A program made the position numbers and the translations under genes. A stretch of DNA of 64,000 bases from Leptogorgia sarmentosa (Eukaryota): NCBI GenBank assembly GCA_964658305.1, contig OZ210884.1:1302001-1366000 (forward strand). The letters are read 5' to 3'. The notes under the pieces are model-generated. The model was not told the DNA's origin and did no database searches. It saw only the letters and a program-made list of their open reading frames with translations. Shown here in pieces: positions 25,001 through 40,000 of the stretch. Within the stretch, counting starts at the first letter, position 1. The number at the start of each line of letters is the position of its first letter.

Positions 25001-28000
25001 ATGTCAAAGACAGTTTCGACTCACTTTTGTTGGTTTCTCAGTCGCCAGGAATCTGCATGAACGTGTACATTACATACATATATTAGCAGGACCGAGGGTC
25101 CGAGACCGGCAGATCCAGGATTTAGAAAGTTCTGCTCTTAAAGATCGGAAATTTTTCGCTTGAAATAACTGTAACGAGCGCGGCAGGGTTTTTTTATCCT
25201 TTGGGGGGGGGGGGGGGGGGGTGCTCGTTAGTGGCAATATAATAAAGGTAAAAGTATGCAATTGTCAGTGAAGGTTCTGTGTCTGGCGTGATGCATGGGC
25301 TTAGAATTAATATGCAGAAAAATACATGAACCAAAAGTACGAAAATTGTTCATTTTGTAGAATATGATACATAGCTGACAAAGTTGTTCATGATATGGCG
25401 TCTTCGATCGAGTTACTGGGTTATTAATCCATATCTAAATTTCTAAAAGAATTTTACATTCAGCCCTGAATAATAGTGTGCAAAAAAACGTACCTGATTC
25501 AAAGCATCGTACAGACTTTCATAAAGACTTTCTAAGTTAAGTAAAACCACCATTCTTCCTGTCTCCATACAAACTTTAATTCGATTGATGTTTCGACAGA
25601 TCTAAAATTTGGCAAACATGCGCAACTCAAATTTCTACCGGGTGTCGTCAAAAAAGTAATCCAGTTTGATTTATAATAACTTTTAAACATTTAACAGAAA
25701 TAACTTACATTAGATAGAGGGAAGACTAACTTTGATTTTGATACATTACATTTATGTTTTACTTTGAAATTCACTCAGATAGGCGTGTTCAGAGGAATAT
25801 TGGTATATAAGTATTCTGCCGCACGGATCGCGTTTTGTATATTAGGTTCACTTCAGAAGAAACCAGTGGGGCAGAACACGAATATCAAAATTCACTCACC
25901 CAGTAAAAGGCTTTGTTCCACTTTTAGCAGGAGTCACCTCGCAAGCTCGAGCGATACGAGTTTTTTCATCCAATCACAATACTCAAATGTATATTTTAAT
26001 TTGATGCAACCACTCACAGCAAGCTTGCGAGTTGGTTTGGCGATGAGAGAGATCGCATGAGTTTCGTCCTTGTGTGAAATAATTTTTCGCTGAACACTCG
26101 TGCAATTTTTCATTTATACGTCTCAAAGCGTGTATTTTCCTACTATACATGCATGCAAATATACAACCAGTGCCGCACCGCGATGCGACGTCTAAACTTC
26201 CCTTATACGAATCTAAGACAGGCGAATTCAAAAAGTGACAGGCAAAAAGAAACTGAAGATATACCTGAGTGTATTGTTGATCCTTTGGGAAACTGCTACC
26301 AAAAATGATAACAGGATCGTGATCGCGAAACAGGCCCTCCTGCAACAACCTCAGCGCTGCATAGTTTTCAGTCAAAACAAGTAAATAGCGACTTTCCCTA
26401 TACAATTATGGAAGGAGGTTGAACATGAGATGATGAACTGGCAATTTCTACAGGGTGTCCCAAAAAACCGAATAGTAGTATAGGAGGATTATTAATTACA
26501 CACAATGGGGGACAATCAATCGTGTTCACAGACCTTAAAAGCAATCGATTTCAAAAGAAATTAAAGAGGCAGTACACGAATGTATAGATATGTCATATGT
26601 GACCCCCCGAAATATTGATCTTCCTGCGCCAGTGAACTATAACCATAAGGTATGTGTAAAGGAAAACTGTAAAGGAAACTAGACATGAACTCAAGGGTTT
26701 CGGTACACACAAAGACATCAAAGACACACTGTCGTCAACTCACCCTTGAATTTCTGTTTTACAAAGGCTGTTTTCGATAAGATTAACAGGATGGCATTCA
26801 GGCGAAGGATACTATGAAAAAATAAGATGGCAGCAAAATATATTACTGCATCGACGATTCAAATTATTCTTTAAACTTCGCACAGTTTTCCTATTGATAT
26901 AATACTTCAATACATTTGTTTACCTCCACTTTACGTTTAAGTCTTGGAAATTCCCGGCTAAATATCTCCACTGGGTCAACGTCATCCAGACCACTGAAAT
27001 TCCTTCTAATTGATTGTTCCAGTTCTATATCACCTACTTGATCCCCTCGTTTAGCTTGTACAGCAAAACCATACACCATCTTGACCAAGCTGTAAGTGAA
27101 AACATAAAACGCTTTTGCGTTTTCATTACGTTTCTTGTTTCAACTAATGCTACTGAACAGCATGACTCTTGGAAAATGTTTTCTTTGACTGTGCACGATT
27201 TATATCGTAAACGCGCAGTAAGCTAAACGCCACGAAAATGACTTCGCTGTGCACTAACCACTATGGTGTATTCCCACTACAATTCCGGTGAGTGTTTGTA
27301 TACAGGTGCGTGAATCAATTTTATTATATGGCTGAAATAAATGCCGCACGCTGATTGGTTGATTAGCGGTGTGGAAAAAGTCATCTTGCGCACTCAGGAA
27401 AGTCATCTTGCCCGCTCGTGAAAATATTGCACAAATAAAATTTTTAAGGAAACTAAATCTTATTATGTCGTACCGTGACGATGAAGAACGCTCCCCGAGT
27501 AAATTTACTGTCCCGGAAAAAGAAATGAGCCAAATGCTGCGTTTCGAAGTGAAAATAAGTCCGAACAAAACAACAGTTCAAAAACTGTGGCGAACATTGT
27601 TTTTATAGCACTCAGTAATGGCTTTATTTTACGTCGAACGCTTGTTGTTTATCACGACATTTACATTACATTAATTATTTTTTGGATAAACCTTTTCTTT
27701 TGCAGTTTCATTGCAACAAATCACTGACAGACACTGGTTTTGAATGCGGTCGCTGAAATGGACCTTTAAACTTATAACTAAAATTTTAAAATAATATGAA
27801 ATATTTTAGACATTCTATCATCACAGCTTGAAATGGCATCTTAAACGACATACAGGAATGAACCAAACTAAGTTTCGTATCCTTCATTTTCAACCTCTGG
27901 GTAATAACTAATAATATTATACCTCACTGTTACATTGTCCAATCAAAAGCTCACATTTGTGCCACGTGTCCATAAAATGTTTTAGTGAATACCATGCCAT

Positions 28001-31000
28001 GGGAACTTTATACCCTAGATTTTTCTCCGGGGCATGGTATTCGACTTTGAAATACCCCGTTCGGGGTATTCGACTTTGAAATACCCCGCTCGAATTTCCC
28101 GCTCGTTATTGCTCGCATAAATTAAAGATGGTGGAAGCTGTAGGGGCAACATGGCCGACAACAACGTTGAAAATGAAATGAAACTTTACTTAAATCAAAT
28201 TTTCGGTATAATATATCAGTTATCGACCTTTCACTCGAGGTATTTCACAAAAAATTACCCCTCGGAATGAAATTTACATCGGGCTTGCGCCCTCGGAAAG
28301 AATTTCATTCCTCGGGGTAATTTTTTGTGAAATTCGCCAAAACGAATGCTTGCCATATAATAAAAGATTATATGGTGTGGAAATGTTTGCAATCGAGTTT
28401 ACTTGGACCGAATATTGGCAAATCGTGAGACATCAAAACCCTCAAAAACTACATTCTCACGTTTTAGCAGCGAAAGTGTTTTCTGGTTCGTTCTACAAAG
28501 TCAGAAGAAAGCCATATAATAAATCCCTTATTAACCTCATTTGCTTGGTCTGTACGGGAAAGTATTACCTTCGGTCTTTAACACACAGACCTCGCCCATT
28601 CGTCGCTCGGTCTGTACGAAAACCCGCACGCAATACTTTCCCGTACAGACGTCGCACACTCGCACTCTGTTAATAAGTCCATAATATTGCACGTCCCTAC
28701 GACCGGCACGAGGTAATAAATTAATCACACACATGCAAATTTATATGCGCGCATTGATACTAATTCTAAAAAACATCAACCTGTAGAAGTCTCGAAGTCC
28801 AAAGAACTCATCTTTCTGCGCATTTTGTAGTGTTGTCGACTTGCTTTGTTCTTCGTAGAGGTAAAAATAGCCCTGACACAACCTTCGAATAATATCCTTA
28901 AGACTCCTCTGAACACCTTCATCGCCAGAACAAATTCCCCTAAATATGAAAAAACATGATTAACGCGTACACCCTATTTCTTCATATATTTTGTGTTACA
29001 CCGGTTTTTAAACGTTATAAAATAATTACTCCAAAATGTAGTGAATTATGCTTAATAATCGCAACATAAGCCCTTAACGCCTCAAACTAGCTACAAATTC
29101 AAAGTTGAAACGCATTTTGCCATATTTTAAATTATCATTTGAGTTTTAAATATTATATAACCGCCTCGAACCTTGCACTGTCAGTGAGTTCGGTTTCATT
29201 GGGCACTCCTCTACTCAACATGATGCCTCGGTTCATTTTAGCGGGATCCAACGCCCAATTTGACAAGCCAATGAAACCAACACGGTGATGATCAGACGTT
29301 TTTCCTGATTCTTCAGCTGTAGCTGTGCCATCTTCCAACAGAGGATGTAGTGTCTTCAAAGGCATCAGAGGAGAATCTTCAGCCAACCCAATTTCATCCA
29401 GTACCACCACAGATACAAATTTGCTCAAGTCCTTGTCTTTCTGAAGTTTTGCGCACTGCCGGAAGGTTGATACGATGCCTTCTGGTGTGGACAACGGGCT
29501 GCACTGGTACGATTGCACGTGAATCTAGTGAAAAATCATATTACTTATGATTATACACTCGACCATTACTCAACCATCGACCATTACAGATCAAAAATTT
29601 TGACTGGCTGGGCTTCTAGCAGTCTAGTTAATAATTAGCCAACGAGGGCCGAGACCATTGACATAAACTACCAAATAAAAATAAAATAGAAACTGGGATG
29701 TATAAAGAAAATTTAAAATGAAAATTACGTCGAAAAGCTCAGAAACTATAAAGTTTTTGTGGAAAAGAACGAAGCATATATGAAAAATAAAATTTAAAAA
29801 AGTTGGCGGTTGTATCAATAACTATTAGTGATTGAGATATAGCAGTACGTAGGTCACACGATAATGCAAAACTGCCTTTGAATGTACTTATAATACAGCG
29901 TTCTGAATTTAAGATCGCGTTTTCTGTAACGCGATAGAAATAACACGCGGTTAAAAGGAAACATAAGCACGTGTCGGTGAATATAAGGTTCCATACGATT
30001 AAATAACAATGGGCAATTATTATACAACAACAACAACATACATGTTCAGTGTATCTTATTCTTAGCGTTTTAATTTTCGCGAAAAAGTAAATGGACCTTT
30101 CTCCTTCTAGACGAACTTCAGAGAACTACGATTCTAAAATGGTCATTTCCGGGAATGGTCGTGCCAATCATGGTGGCGCCTCGTGAGATTCCCACCACTC
30201 ATCGAAAGTTACGACATTCGTACGTCTGTGCTCTGTTGCATCATCTTTTTTTCAATATTGAAAAGTCGGTCCTCTAGTGGCCCACCCCCGTCAGAAATTC
30301 TTTAAATGTGCGCACCTGATTGCGCATTATTTTTATGTTGTTTCCACATTGTTTGCGATTTTCATTCAAATAAAATTGGAAAATTTCTTTTCAATCAAAA
30401 GTGATTAAAAAGAAGTGATTTTAATTTATCGATCAAAACATTGCAGAACTGCTTCTATGTGATCTAGCAATGTTTAGTGTTTAGTGTTTTGCAGTAAAAT
30501 ATTCTCTTTATCAGCTCATGAGATCCGCTGAAGTGAGTTTTACTTGTCTACTCAAAATAGTTGAGCTAATCTGCGCCCATGAGCAAGCCAGACTATTTGG
30601 ATCAATTTAACTATTTTGATGATTTACTTACCTGTTTTAAGTTCTTGAAAAGTTCACTTTGTGAGTTACCAGCTTTCATGTTGGTCGATATAACATCTTT
30701 TGCCAAAGACTTGGAACTGCCTGGTTTGCCAACAACAAACAACGGGATGCGCAGCTCTGTACAGATTGCCATCATGAAGACATTCTCGCTGAGTGCAGTA
30801 TTTCTGGCAATGTTTTGACCCAGCTGTATGTCTTTTAAAAATCCAAGTTGACACCTGAAAATAAGTTGATGAACTGTCGAATATCAAGAATAAACACGCA
30901 CAGTTTTGAGGGTGGAGGATGGGGGAAGAGGGGGGAAGGAGGAGGGGGATTTCATTTTGTATTGCCTCGAAATATTTCTTTATAATAGGCCGGATACATT

Positions 31001-34000
31001 GATTTTACCACATCAGCCCCAAGAAACATTTTAGTTTAGTACATTATAATGCACGCCAAATATCTGAAACGGATATGTAGCAATTGTGAGTTCAGATACA
31101 ACACATAACACAATTAATTTCCCGAGAATCAATGATGGAAAAGGTGAATATTCACACTAGTCGCTCTGGCAGAAAACGAACCCGTGTCATTTCCGTAGCC
31201 GCTTTCTTATCATTTGGGAATGATTCCATAAAACCTTTAATACCTTTTAACTTACGCGAACTGTAGCTAAAAAGTTGTCAAACGATTGATACTTCATTTC
31301 GATTTTTTAACATTCGCACAGTTAACTCTATAACTGTGTTCTATGCAAATGGCCCTTGCGCTATACAGGACAAAAATGGTCTCCGAAGCTCAGCGTCATC
31401 AAACGTCATTGTCAATGATATTTATAAAATAACCGGAAGTGAAAAAGATTGCGCGCGCGTGATTGGCTAACAGCCGTGTTGATGTGAGATTATGTAAACA
31501 CAGCATTTCCCGCTGCTTCTCGCTATTGCATTACTCCGCTTTTGTCATTGTGTTATTTTATAAAGTAATAGAAAACATTTTCCTATGTTTACAATGAGTT
31601 ATGTAAACACTCGTGCAAGTTTGGGAGAACTCGAAATGTGCGGAAACACTCGCCCCTCGGCATTTCTAGTTCTCCCAAACTTGCACTCGTGTCTACATAA
31701 CTCGATGTAAACATGGAAAATGTTTTCTATTCCTTAAATGGGTAATCTTAGCCTTCATGGACTCATTGAAATCAAAATAATTCAGAAACATTTATACCTT
31801 TTGTTGCCAGTGAAGTTAGATTTAGAGAAGCCCAATTGCAATTTCGATATTGAAATTATTCTGTATCGTATTTTCTAATATTTTCATGATTTTCGAAATC
31901 ATGACTAAAAAAACTATAAATCGTATTCATGCCATGATAAACTAGGGAGCCAAGGATAGTGCAAAGTTTCTAAACCCTGTTTTCCACTAGGCGAATTTAT
32001 TTGAGCGAACAGTCGACATCAAAACCCAATCACATTCGTGTTTTGCTTGTTCGCGCGAAGAAAAAATCGCCTAAGGAAAACGGGTTTAAGAAGCCATACC
32101 GCTAAAATCATTGTTGACATGATATGATAAAATAATCAATATTTTATTGTCAGAAAGCAACTGGCAATTGCAGCAGCGCGCGTGTTAAAAGCAAATTAGA
32201 TAAATCTCCGACCTCTGACCTTTTATTAAGTTATTTTGTTATATAGTTGGTGTCAAAGTTCAATTTTCCTGTTTGCTGATTGTGTTCGAGAAACATTGTG
32301 TTTTGTGGCCCCTCGACCGCCATTGTTGCCCTCGGCTTCGCCTCGGGCTACAACGGCGGTCTCGGGACCACAAAACACAATGTTTCCCTCGGTCTCAGTA
32401 AATAAGTGATAAATACATATCGTACGGAACAAATGATCCTAAATCATAAACTACACGCTACCAAATATCCAGTTTATTCACAGTATCAGGCCAACGTTAA
32501 ATTCACTTTTGTATGCCTATATAGCTTGCCTATGGTTTATATATCGAAAAATCTGTAAATCGCCGGTATGTCGTGTAAACAAACAATCCAAGCTTAGTGA
32601 AGCCGACGATTTTTTCATACTAGTGTTGAGTCATATCGTCGCATTATTCTTTTACACTAGGAGTATAGTCACTAGTAGCTAAATGATTGAATGGCAATAC
32701 CGCGAGGCGACGAAGAATCGAAGACGGTAAAAACAAACTATGAATGCGAAAGCTAGCAAATATGTTGGTATTATCAATCATAGTTACTAAATACGATTTA
32801 AAATTATGGCTTTCTTGTTGTGACAAGTTCTACTGTGATACACATCTAGGTTTGCCCGCTATTTACGAATTGCGATGGCAAAGTCCGCCAATTCAATGTT
32901 TTAAACTTACATAATACGCATGCGGTGGCTGTTTTAACAGTTGTTATATATAATAACAGTAGATATTTCAAATTGTTCCTGAGGAGCCAGATAAATGTTT
33001 TCTCATCGCTGATATAGCTACAAAGAACCACGACCCACTCTTAGCGTCCACTGGACACGCGCTTAGTTGCAATTTTCGCAAAAACTGAAATTCCTGAGGG
33101 GCCTTCCGCCAGGAGGAGCCTTCCGCCAGGAGGGGCCTTCTCAATTTTCCTTCTTAATTCCGGAGGGGCCTTCCGCCGGGCCTTCTCAATTTTCAAAATC
33201 AATTTTATGGTCGTTTTTCCATGAATGAGCTGTATGTTAGAACTATATTCGCATGCGTTTTTACATGTCCCATACGTAACACCACGTAATTTTATTATCG
33301 CAGAGCTTTCGTCAGTAAGCCCGGATCTTCATCAGTGCCAATAATATCTGTAATAATAATATCATCAGATATTATTGGCACTGATAAAGTTCCGGGCTTA
33401 CGAATCGAAAATAAATATAAAATGTTGGTCAAATTAAAAATTATTTTTGGTCAGAGAACGACTCTTTTTTTATTATTCCTTTACCTGACCGCGCTTCATC
33501 AATATTTTCACATATGGATGTCAACGACTTTTTTATGGAAATATCTAAGCATTTGATATAAATTCTTTTGAACATGTAAACTTGGTGGCAGTTAATCATC
33601 ACATTACAATTCTCCCCCGGCTTAAATGTGTAGTTGAGCCCGCAGCTTTGCATTTCAGCAACGTTAGCAAGACGCATACGTGATTAGATGAATTCGTATT
33701 TCGGTATATCGTCGGAATGAGTCGGAAAAGAATTTTTATGTTTTGTCTATAAATAAACAATACTTCCATAGAACTAGGCGCACCATTACACCAACACCAT
33801 TACACCGGGGCAATTTCTCAATGTATATTTAAACATTCTATGCCTGCAAACTGTGAAATCCGCAGTTAATACCTCACCTTTTAATTTCGTTCTGCATTGT
33901 ACGTACTCCTCCAGGTAATGGACATGACGCATCGAAGTATTTGCAAATGTATCTGCAGTAGGCGTCTCTTTTATTTAATCTTGCATAATAACACACACCA

Positions 34001-37000
34001 ATTCCGAGAATGATTGCTCGAACAATTTCACTTATCGGCTAAAACGTCAAAGTAAGAAGTAGGACTTATAATTGGCCAATTATAAAGTCTGCAATTTGTA
34101 CGCTACGATTTGTCGCGCACGATTTCTACTCCCACGCATTACAATTACTGGATAACGACAGACTTTGTAGTTTTCATCAATAGTATCTTCATCTTGAATT
34201 GTAATGTTTATTTAAATGTATTTTCGTCAATGTTCCTAAACCTTCAAGAGCCTTACTTGTTCGACTTGTTCTGTTTCCTGGATGTCTTCTTCAGCACTTT
34301 CGTCTTCACTAGGTTCTTCAGAACTGTCACTGTCTTCATCATCACTGGCGTTATCGTCATCTTCCATAACCGGCTGAATCAGTTCGGAGTTGGAGTAAAA
34401 CCACATGATAACTTTCATCGCTCTTTCAACGTCACGCAAGCTCACAAAGCTGCATTCATTCTGAAGAAGAAAAAAGTACTTTCTAATAATTTTGAAAAAG
34501 GAATTGAAAAAAAAACTTAACCTCGAAATATGTTTTATTTCGTTTTCACATTGAACAGAAATATTTCGTTGATCTGTTCATATTGATCGTTTTCGCTGTT
34601 CGTGGAAAAGGAATTAAGGTGTAAAAAGAAATTGGTAATAAAAATCCCGCGATTACTAAACTGTCATTATAAGGAAACAAAGAAAACAAAAGGCAAATAC
34701 AAAGAAAATCAAGGAGCAAAGATAATCACATTCATTTCGTACCTTTTGCTCACGCATGTATTTCTGTGAAGCTGACAACACTTTAGCGATACAAGATGCT
34801 TGGCCAGTATTGCTTAAAGTTCGAAGGAAAGGTCCGTTGGTTGGTGTGACTGAGGCAGGCTATTGAAAAAAAAACAAATCTTCATTAATAATCGTGAGAG
34901 GTTGGGCAACCGTTGTACTTTATTTTATTTTATTTTGCACACATGATGACAGTGGATACGTGTTGTTGCAAAATTCGAAAATTATATCCGTACGAAGCGT
35001 GAGAAAGGCGGTTAAACCTTCCGCTCGTAATAGCAAAATGCACAAAAGTTACAAATTTTGTGCGGCTACATTTTCTGCAGTTTACCACATGTCGCGAGCA
35101 AATTGATCAAAATGTGGATCAAAATTTAATCGATAGCTGTGATCATCCATTATTTTTACCCCATATTAATTAGTCAAATAGCTTATGCATGCATGTCAAG
35201 TACTGATATATGATTTTATGCGCTTCAATTCATTTTAAAAACAAATTTATTGGCGGGAAATGATCACGTGATCGATATCTTCACTAGTGATCTTCATCTT
35301 CTAGGAAATATTTCGAATACCGCTCGCTTTGGGTCTATAAATAATAATTATTATATTGCAGACAGTGAGAGAGCGAAGTGGAGTTAGAACACGCTTATAG
35401 ATATTGATAAAATTTGCATTTCCATATCTTCACTAGTGAGCATTGGCTAGTCTGATGGGCAGCTTTTTTTAGCAAAAATGTATAGGCCCGCTGGCAAATG
35501 CGCAGCTCTTCGCCATTTTCTCTTCTCGGCATCATTAATTTTGAAGCTGTGCTCAGTCGTTGTTGTGACCCCAAAAACCCGATTGGATATAAATTATACA
35601 AGCCGTTCATCCAATCACTCAACACATCCGAGAAGTACCGTGATGATGTTCAGTGTGTAATGAAGGAAGAACAAGGAAGAGAAATTTAGATATGCGTTCC
35701 ATGAATGTGAGTGAATGTATGTCTAAATATTTTGCTGTTATTGGAACCTTGCATGAGAGTTTAAAATTCAATTTTAAACAAACCATTCAAGTATTGATCA
35801 TGCAATTCCCTACGAACTACTACGCATGCGCTCATACAGTGCTTTTCATACGTACTTTTTTCACACAAGCTTTTTCAAGACTTAAATTTTGTGACGATGA
35901 TTCCATGGACCGTCGGACAATTTGCGCTGTATATAATTCTTCCGTGTGATCTGTCAGTTGACCAAAGTCCCAAACCAGCGGTCTCATACTCTCTGGCAAA
36001 GGGTGGACACGGTACACAAGTTGTCGGAGTGGAATTGACCCTGCACGAGAAAGTACAAGAGCGTAATTATATACTGTATGAGCTACAATATTTTATTTTC
36101 GGAAAGTTTCTCAGTGTTAAAATCGAGTTTATCCTAGTTTTATTTGGCCAGTTTAAGTTTGGCCAAAAAGAAATAAAAATTCAAAAAAATTGCTGTAAAG
36201 CACAAATCCAATATTGTTACCTAATATTGTAACACCTGTTTTGATTTTTATCTTTTTCTATCACCATACATTACCTAATTTATCTTCCGTTTCATCAGCT
36301 GAAACATGATAGCCTAACCCAGCAGATTCTAGTTTCTTAATCATCTCTTTTGTGTGCCTGAAACACAATAATGGAAAAAAACAAGTTACATGGTTCATCA
36401 TCGATAAAATCAACTTGAAATAGCGTCTATGTGATTCATGAAAGTTTGTGTTGTGCCCAAATGTTCATAAAGTTCGTGATCGGAATATACATCTAAACTT
36501 TAAATATATTCGTATTTACTTTATTCCAACATAGAATCGCTCAACTCCATTTTCATTTCCTGACATATCTCATTAGTGAAACGTGTGATTTAAATTAAAT
36601 AATCTTTTCTTTGCAGCTACGATACTAGCAGGATATGTGGTCACTACAATTACTGCAATAAACCGTCCCTACAAAAAATGCTTATCCAGATACACTTTTT
36701 GAGAACCTATATTGCGTCATGAATATAATTTACTTCTTTCGAATGTAAACACGCGATGTCAAACGTAATCGTAAATTTATTAAGAAAACAAGCCTTAATG
36801 GCCGAATGGCGAGGAAAGTGCATTAAATTTACAAAAAAGATCATGCACGATATAAACAGCTAAATTTATTAGCTGTTTATTTATTTATTTATTATTTATT
36901 ACATTGCCAAACAGATTATTGATAAATTTTAATTGTCAAAAAGCTTAACAACTTTTTTTCTGCATGTTTGTGTTTTGTGCAATATAATTGCATAATTTTT

Positions 37001-40000
37001 AGTATTTCCTCAAAATCGATTAGCAGAAATGAAAACGATTTTCGGCCGCCATTTTGGAAAAAAAGCCTTCTAGTAAATAATGCCTCGGATTTACTAGTCA
37101 GACAGCCAATCAAAATGGTTTAAAAACTATTATTTACTTCTAAAATTATACTAAAAGTTATTAACAAACAGAGAAAAAATTCTGAAAGTTCTGTAGCAAA
37201 GTATCGAAACATTTTCATCACTATAACGCTGAAAAAATGTGTCGAACCGGGGTTTGAACTATAAAACTGCAAGGCACGCACCGCGTGCGTTACCACTTGA
37301 GCTAATTCCAGCTCGCTGCTCACCACTCTGGCCTGGCTAAACGCATATGATTATAGACCCGGGCAATCACTATTCATAATTTACCAGGCCAGGCTACTTA
37401 GACGATATTCTAGCGTGGGCATTACCCATGTTCTCAATTGAGAAATATCGGGTACTACCTACCTGTTGAGGTCTTTGGGTGATTCTACACTGTTTAACTT
37501 ACTTTCGGTACGGATTACAAGCAGCTATAAAATGCAATCTTGTCAGGTCAGGGTTGATAGCTCTTCCGTTGACTCGTCGATCCACCATGATTTCTTTAAT
37601 AAGATCGATCGCATCAGTTGTATTGGCTTCGTCAAAGAACAATACTGTATCAACGTTAATTTTCTCATTACAGGAAGCCAATTTTTCCGCGTCTTCCACT
37701 TTCTTTTCGATTTCTGCATACCTTGTTCCACCATGAACCTATACAACCCAGATTGTGCGATATGTCAAGGGAAGTTATAAATTCAATTCACTCCTCTTGG
37801 TTTAGATTGCATGGATCTGACATTCTACAATGATTTTGTTCTAGGTTATATTATTAAAATCACGTTTTTTCGTGAAGTGTGTTAAAGAGATAAATTCCAA
37901 GAATTACTTTACTTACATTTACCTAAGTGTAAAAAGGAGGTAAAATTTTGAATATGGAGGGAAACCAGATACACGGGAAAATAAGATAGTGATATCCCTT
38001 TTACGGCTTTTTGAAATCATGGCAAACTAGCCCTTGCTAACTAACTTATATCTCTCAAGTCCAACACCGTTTTCTTGAACTTTTTATCGCAATGTACTAA
38101 TGAAAGGTTGTTTAAAGTGTATCCGTAAAAACATTTGTGCTTTGAACCTACATTCCGCACAGCGACTTCGGACATTTCATATTTTTAATTAATTTGCCGA
38201 GTTATAATTATATCAAATTATAGGCAAATTATTTCGTAATCACTAACGTATTTAATAAGAGTCGGGCACTTTTTGCATTAGTCGAGCAAATGCATTTCAT
38301 TTCATCAAATTACCGCCCACCTAAAAATATCAAGCCCGTATGTCCATGAACAATGGTTTATCTCTTTGCCACGTTTGTGGAATAAATTATGGACTTTACC
38401 TTTCTGAAGAACTATAGTATAATAAAATATAGCTATAGTGTTTACCAACCTTCAGGAGAAGCAAATTTTTCGGTCCATCAGGTCCAGCTTGGAGTTCACA
38501 CATGAATCTTATAAGACGAGTCTTGCCACATCCTGTCTCTCCCATGATGATTACTGGTATGCCGCACCTTTTTGGAACAAAAAAATACCATGGGAAGCAG
38601 AAGATACGTAAGCAAGCAGAAGTATACAGTACCTGAACGCCTGAAGTGAAGTAAAATTAAACCAACCTGAATCGCATGTGAATTGCCAAGATTTTTTCAA
38701 CATTATCTGTAGTGAGTTCGTACGTCGGATCTGGATCATATGAGTATTTAATTCCCATAACACTGCATAAGTTCTTAATACGTGCCATCCTTCCATAAAA
38801 AAATATGCTGATCGTTATCATTTTTCTCACAATTATAAATTTATGGAATGATATGGAAGAAATATAAGAAGAAACACACTCGACACAAGTGTTTAGCAAT
38901 CGAACTTTTCTGTGGATCTGAATGCATGTTCCGAAAATCGAGTAGCCAAATTTTTTTCTGTTTTGACTGTATATGCACTGTTTTGTGGAACATTCAGATC
39001 TCATTCAGATCCCATTCAGATCCGCAGAAAAGTTCGATTGCTGAACACTTGTCGGAATGTGAACACGCTAACTTTTTCCTCAAACAAACCTAACACATCA
39101 CCTATTTTCTTTCACCATCTCATTCAGTCTAACACTCAAATTCTTCACACTCTTAAACATTCTAATTCCAACTATCATTGTCTGTAAAAAGTGTTGTGTC
39201 ACATTACGTATCATCTCTTCCTATTTATTTGTATATAGTATACCATATTTGCTCGTTTGAGCGCCGCGGCGCTCTTTAAATTTTGAGAGCTTCTGATGCG
39301 GCGCTCATTCGGGGGCGGCGCTTAATCGGGGGCGGCGCTCTTTAAAAAATCTTTTATTTGTGAAATATAACAAGAACTTTTAACAATAAAATATAAGTGT
39401 AAAAGAGCTTCAAAGTTCACCCACTTTGAATGCCACATTTCAAAATTTTTAGTGCGGCGCTCATTCGGGGGCGGCGCTCTTTAAAGAAATTTGAGCTGAA
39501 ATGCGGCGCTCATTCGGGGGCGGCGCTCAATCGGGGGCGGCGCTCAAACGAGTAAATACGGTATGTTAACAAGCTTGTAAATAGTTTAATTTGGTTTTAC
39601 AATAGCTTCGAAATAAAGTCGAAATATCACCGAAAATTTTTTATCCTATTTTATAAAAGTTCATATCTTGAGTTTAGAAGATGTCATATATCGGAGTGTG
39701 TTTCTTCTTATATTTTATGAAATTGTGTGCTGGCAAATGGAAGAAAGTCTAATTCAATCTAACCTGTCACGTTTCTCGTAGTTGACATCAAAATCAACGC
39801 CCTGGAGTTTAAGTTGTCCTCTCAACAATGAATCAATCAACTTTTCTTCTAAAACTTCATTTGTTCCAGGATTGAGCAAATCACCATTTTGACTGAGTAG
39901 AAATCCCAAAAAGGTCATGCTTTCTCGGTCATGATTGAAAAAGATGTAAGGATGGGGACTGCAAGAAAAAATGTTGTCATAAGAGATTTTCACGGAAGTT

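Noticed and set aside
35395..35660. Extra exon or nested gene
   Set aside because: Flanking exons w25 and w26 already join in frame; no recognisable motif. Possibly a TE coding remnant that I cannot assign.
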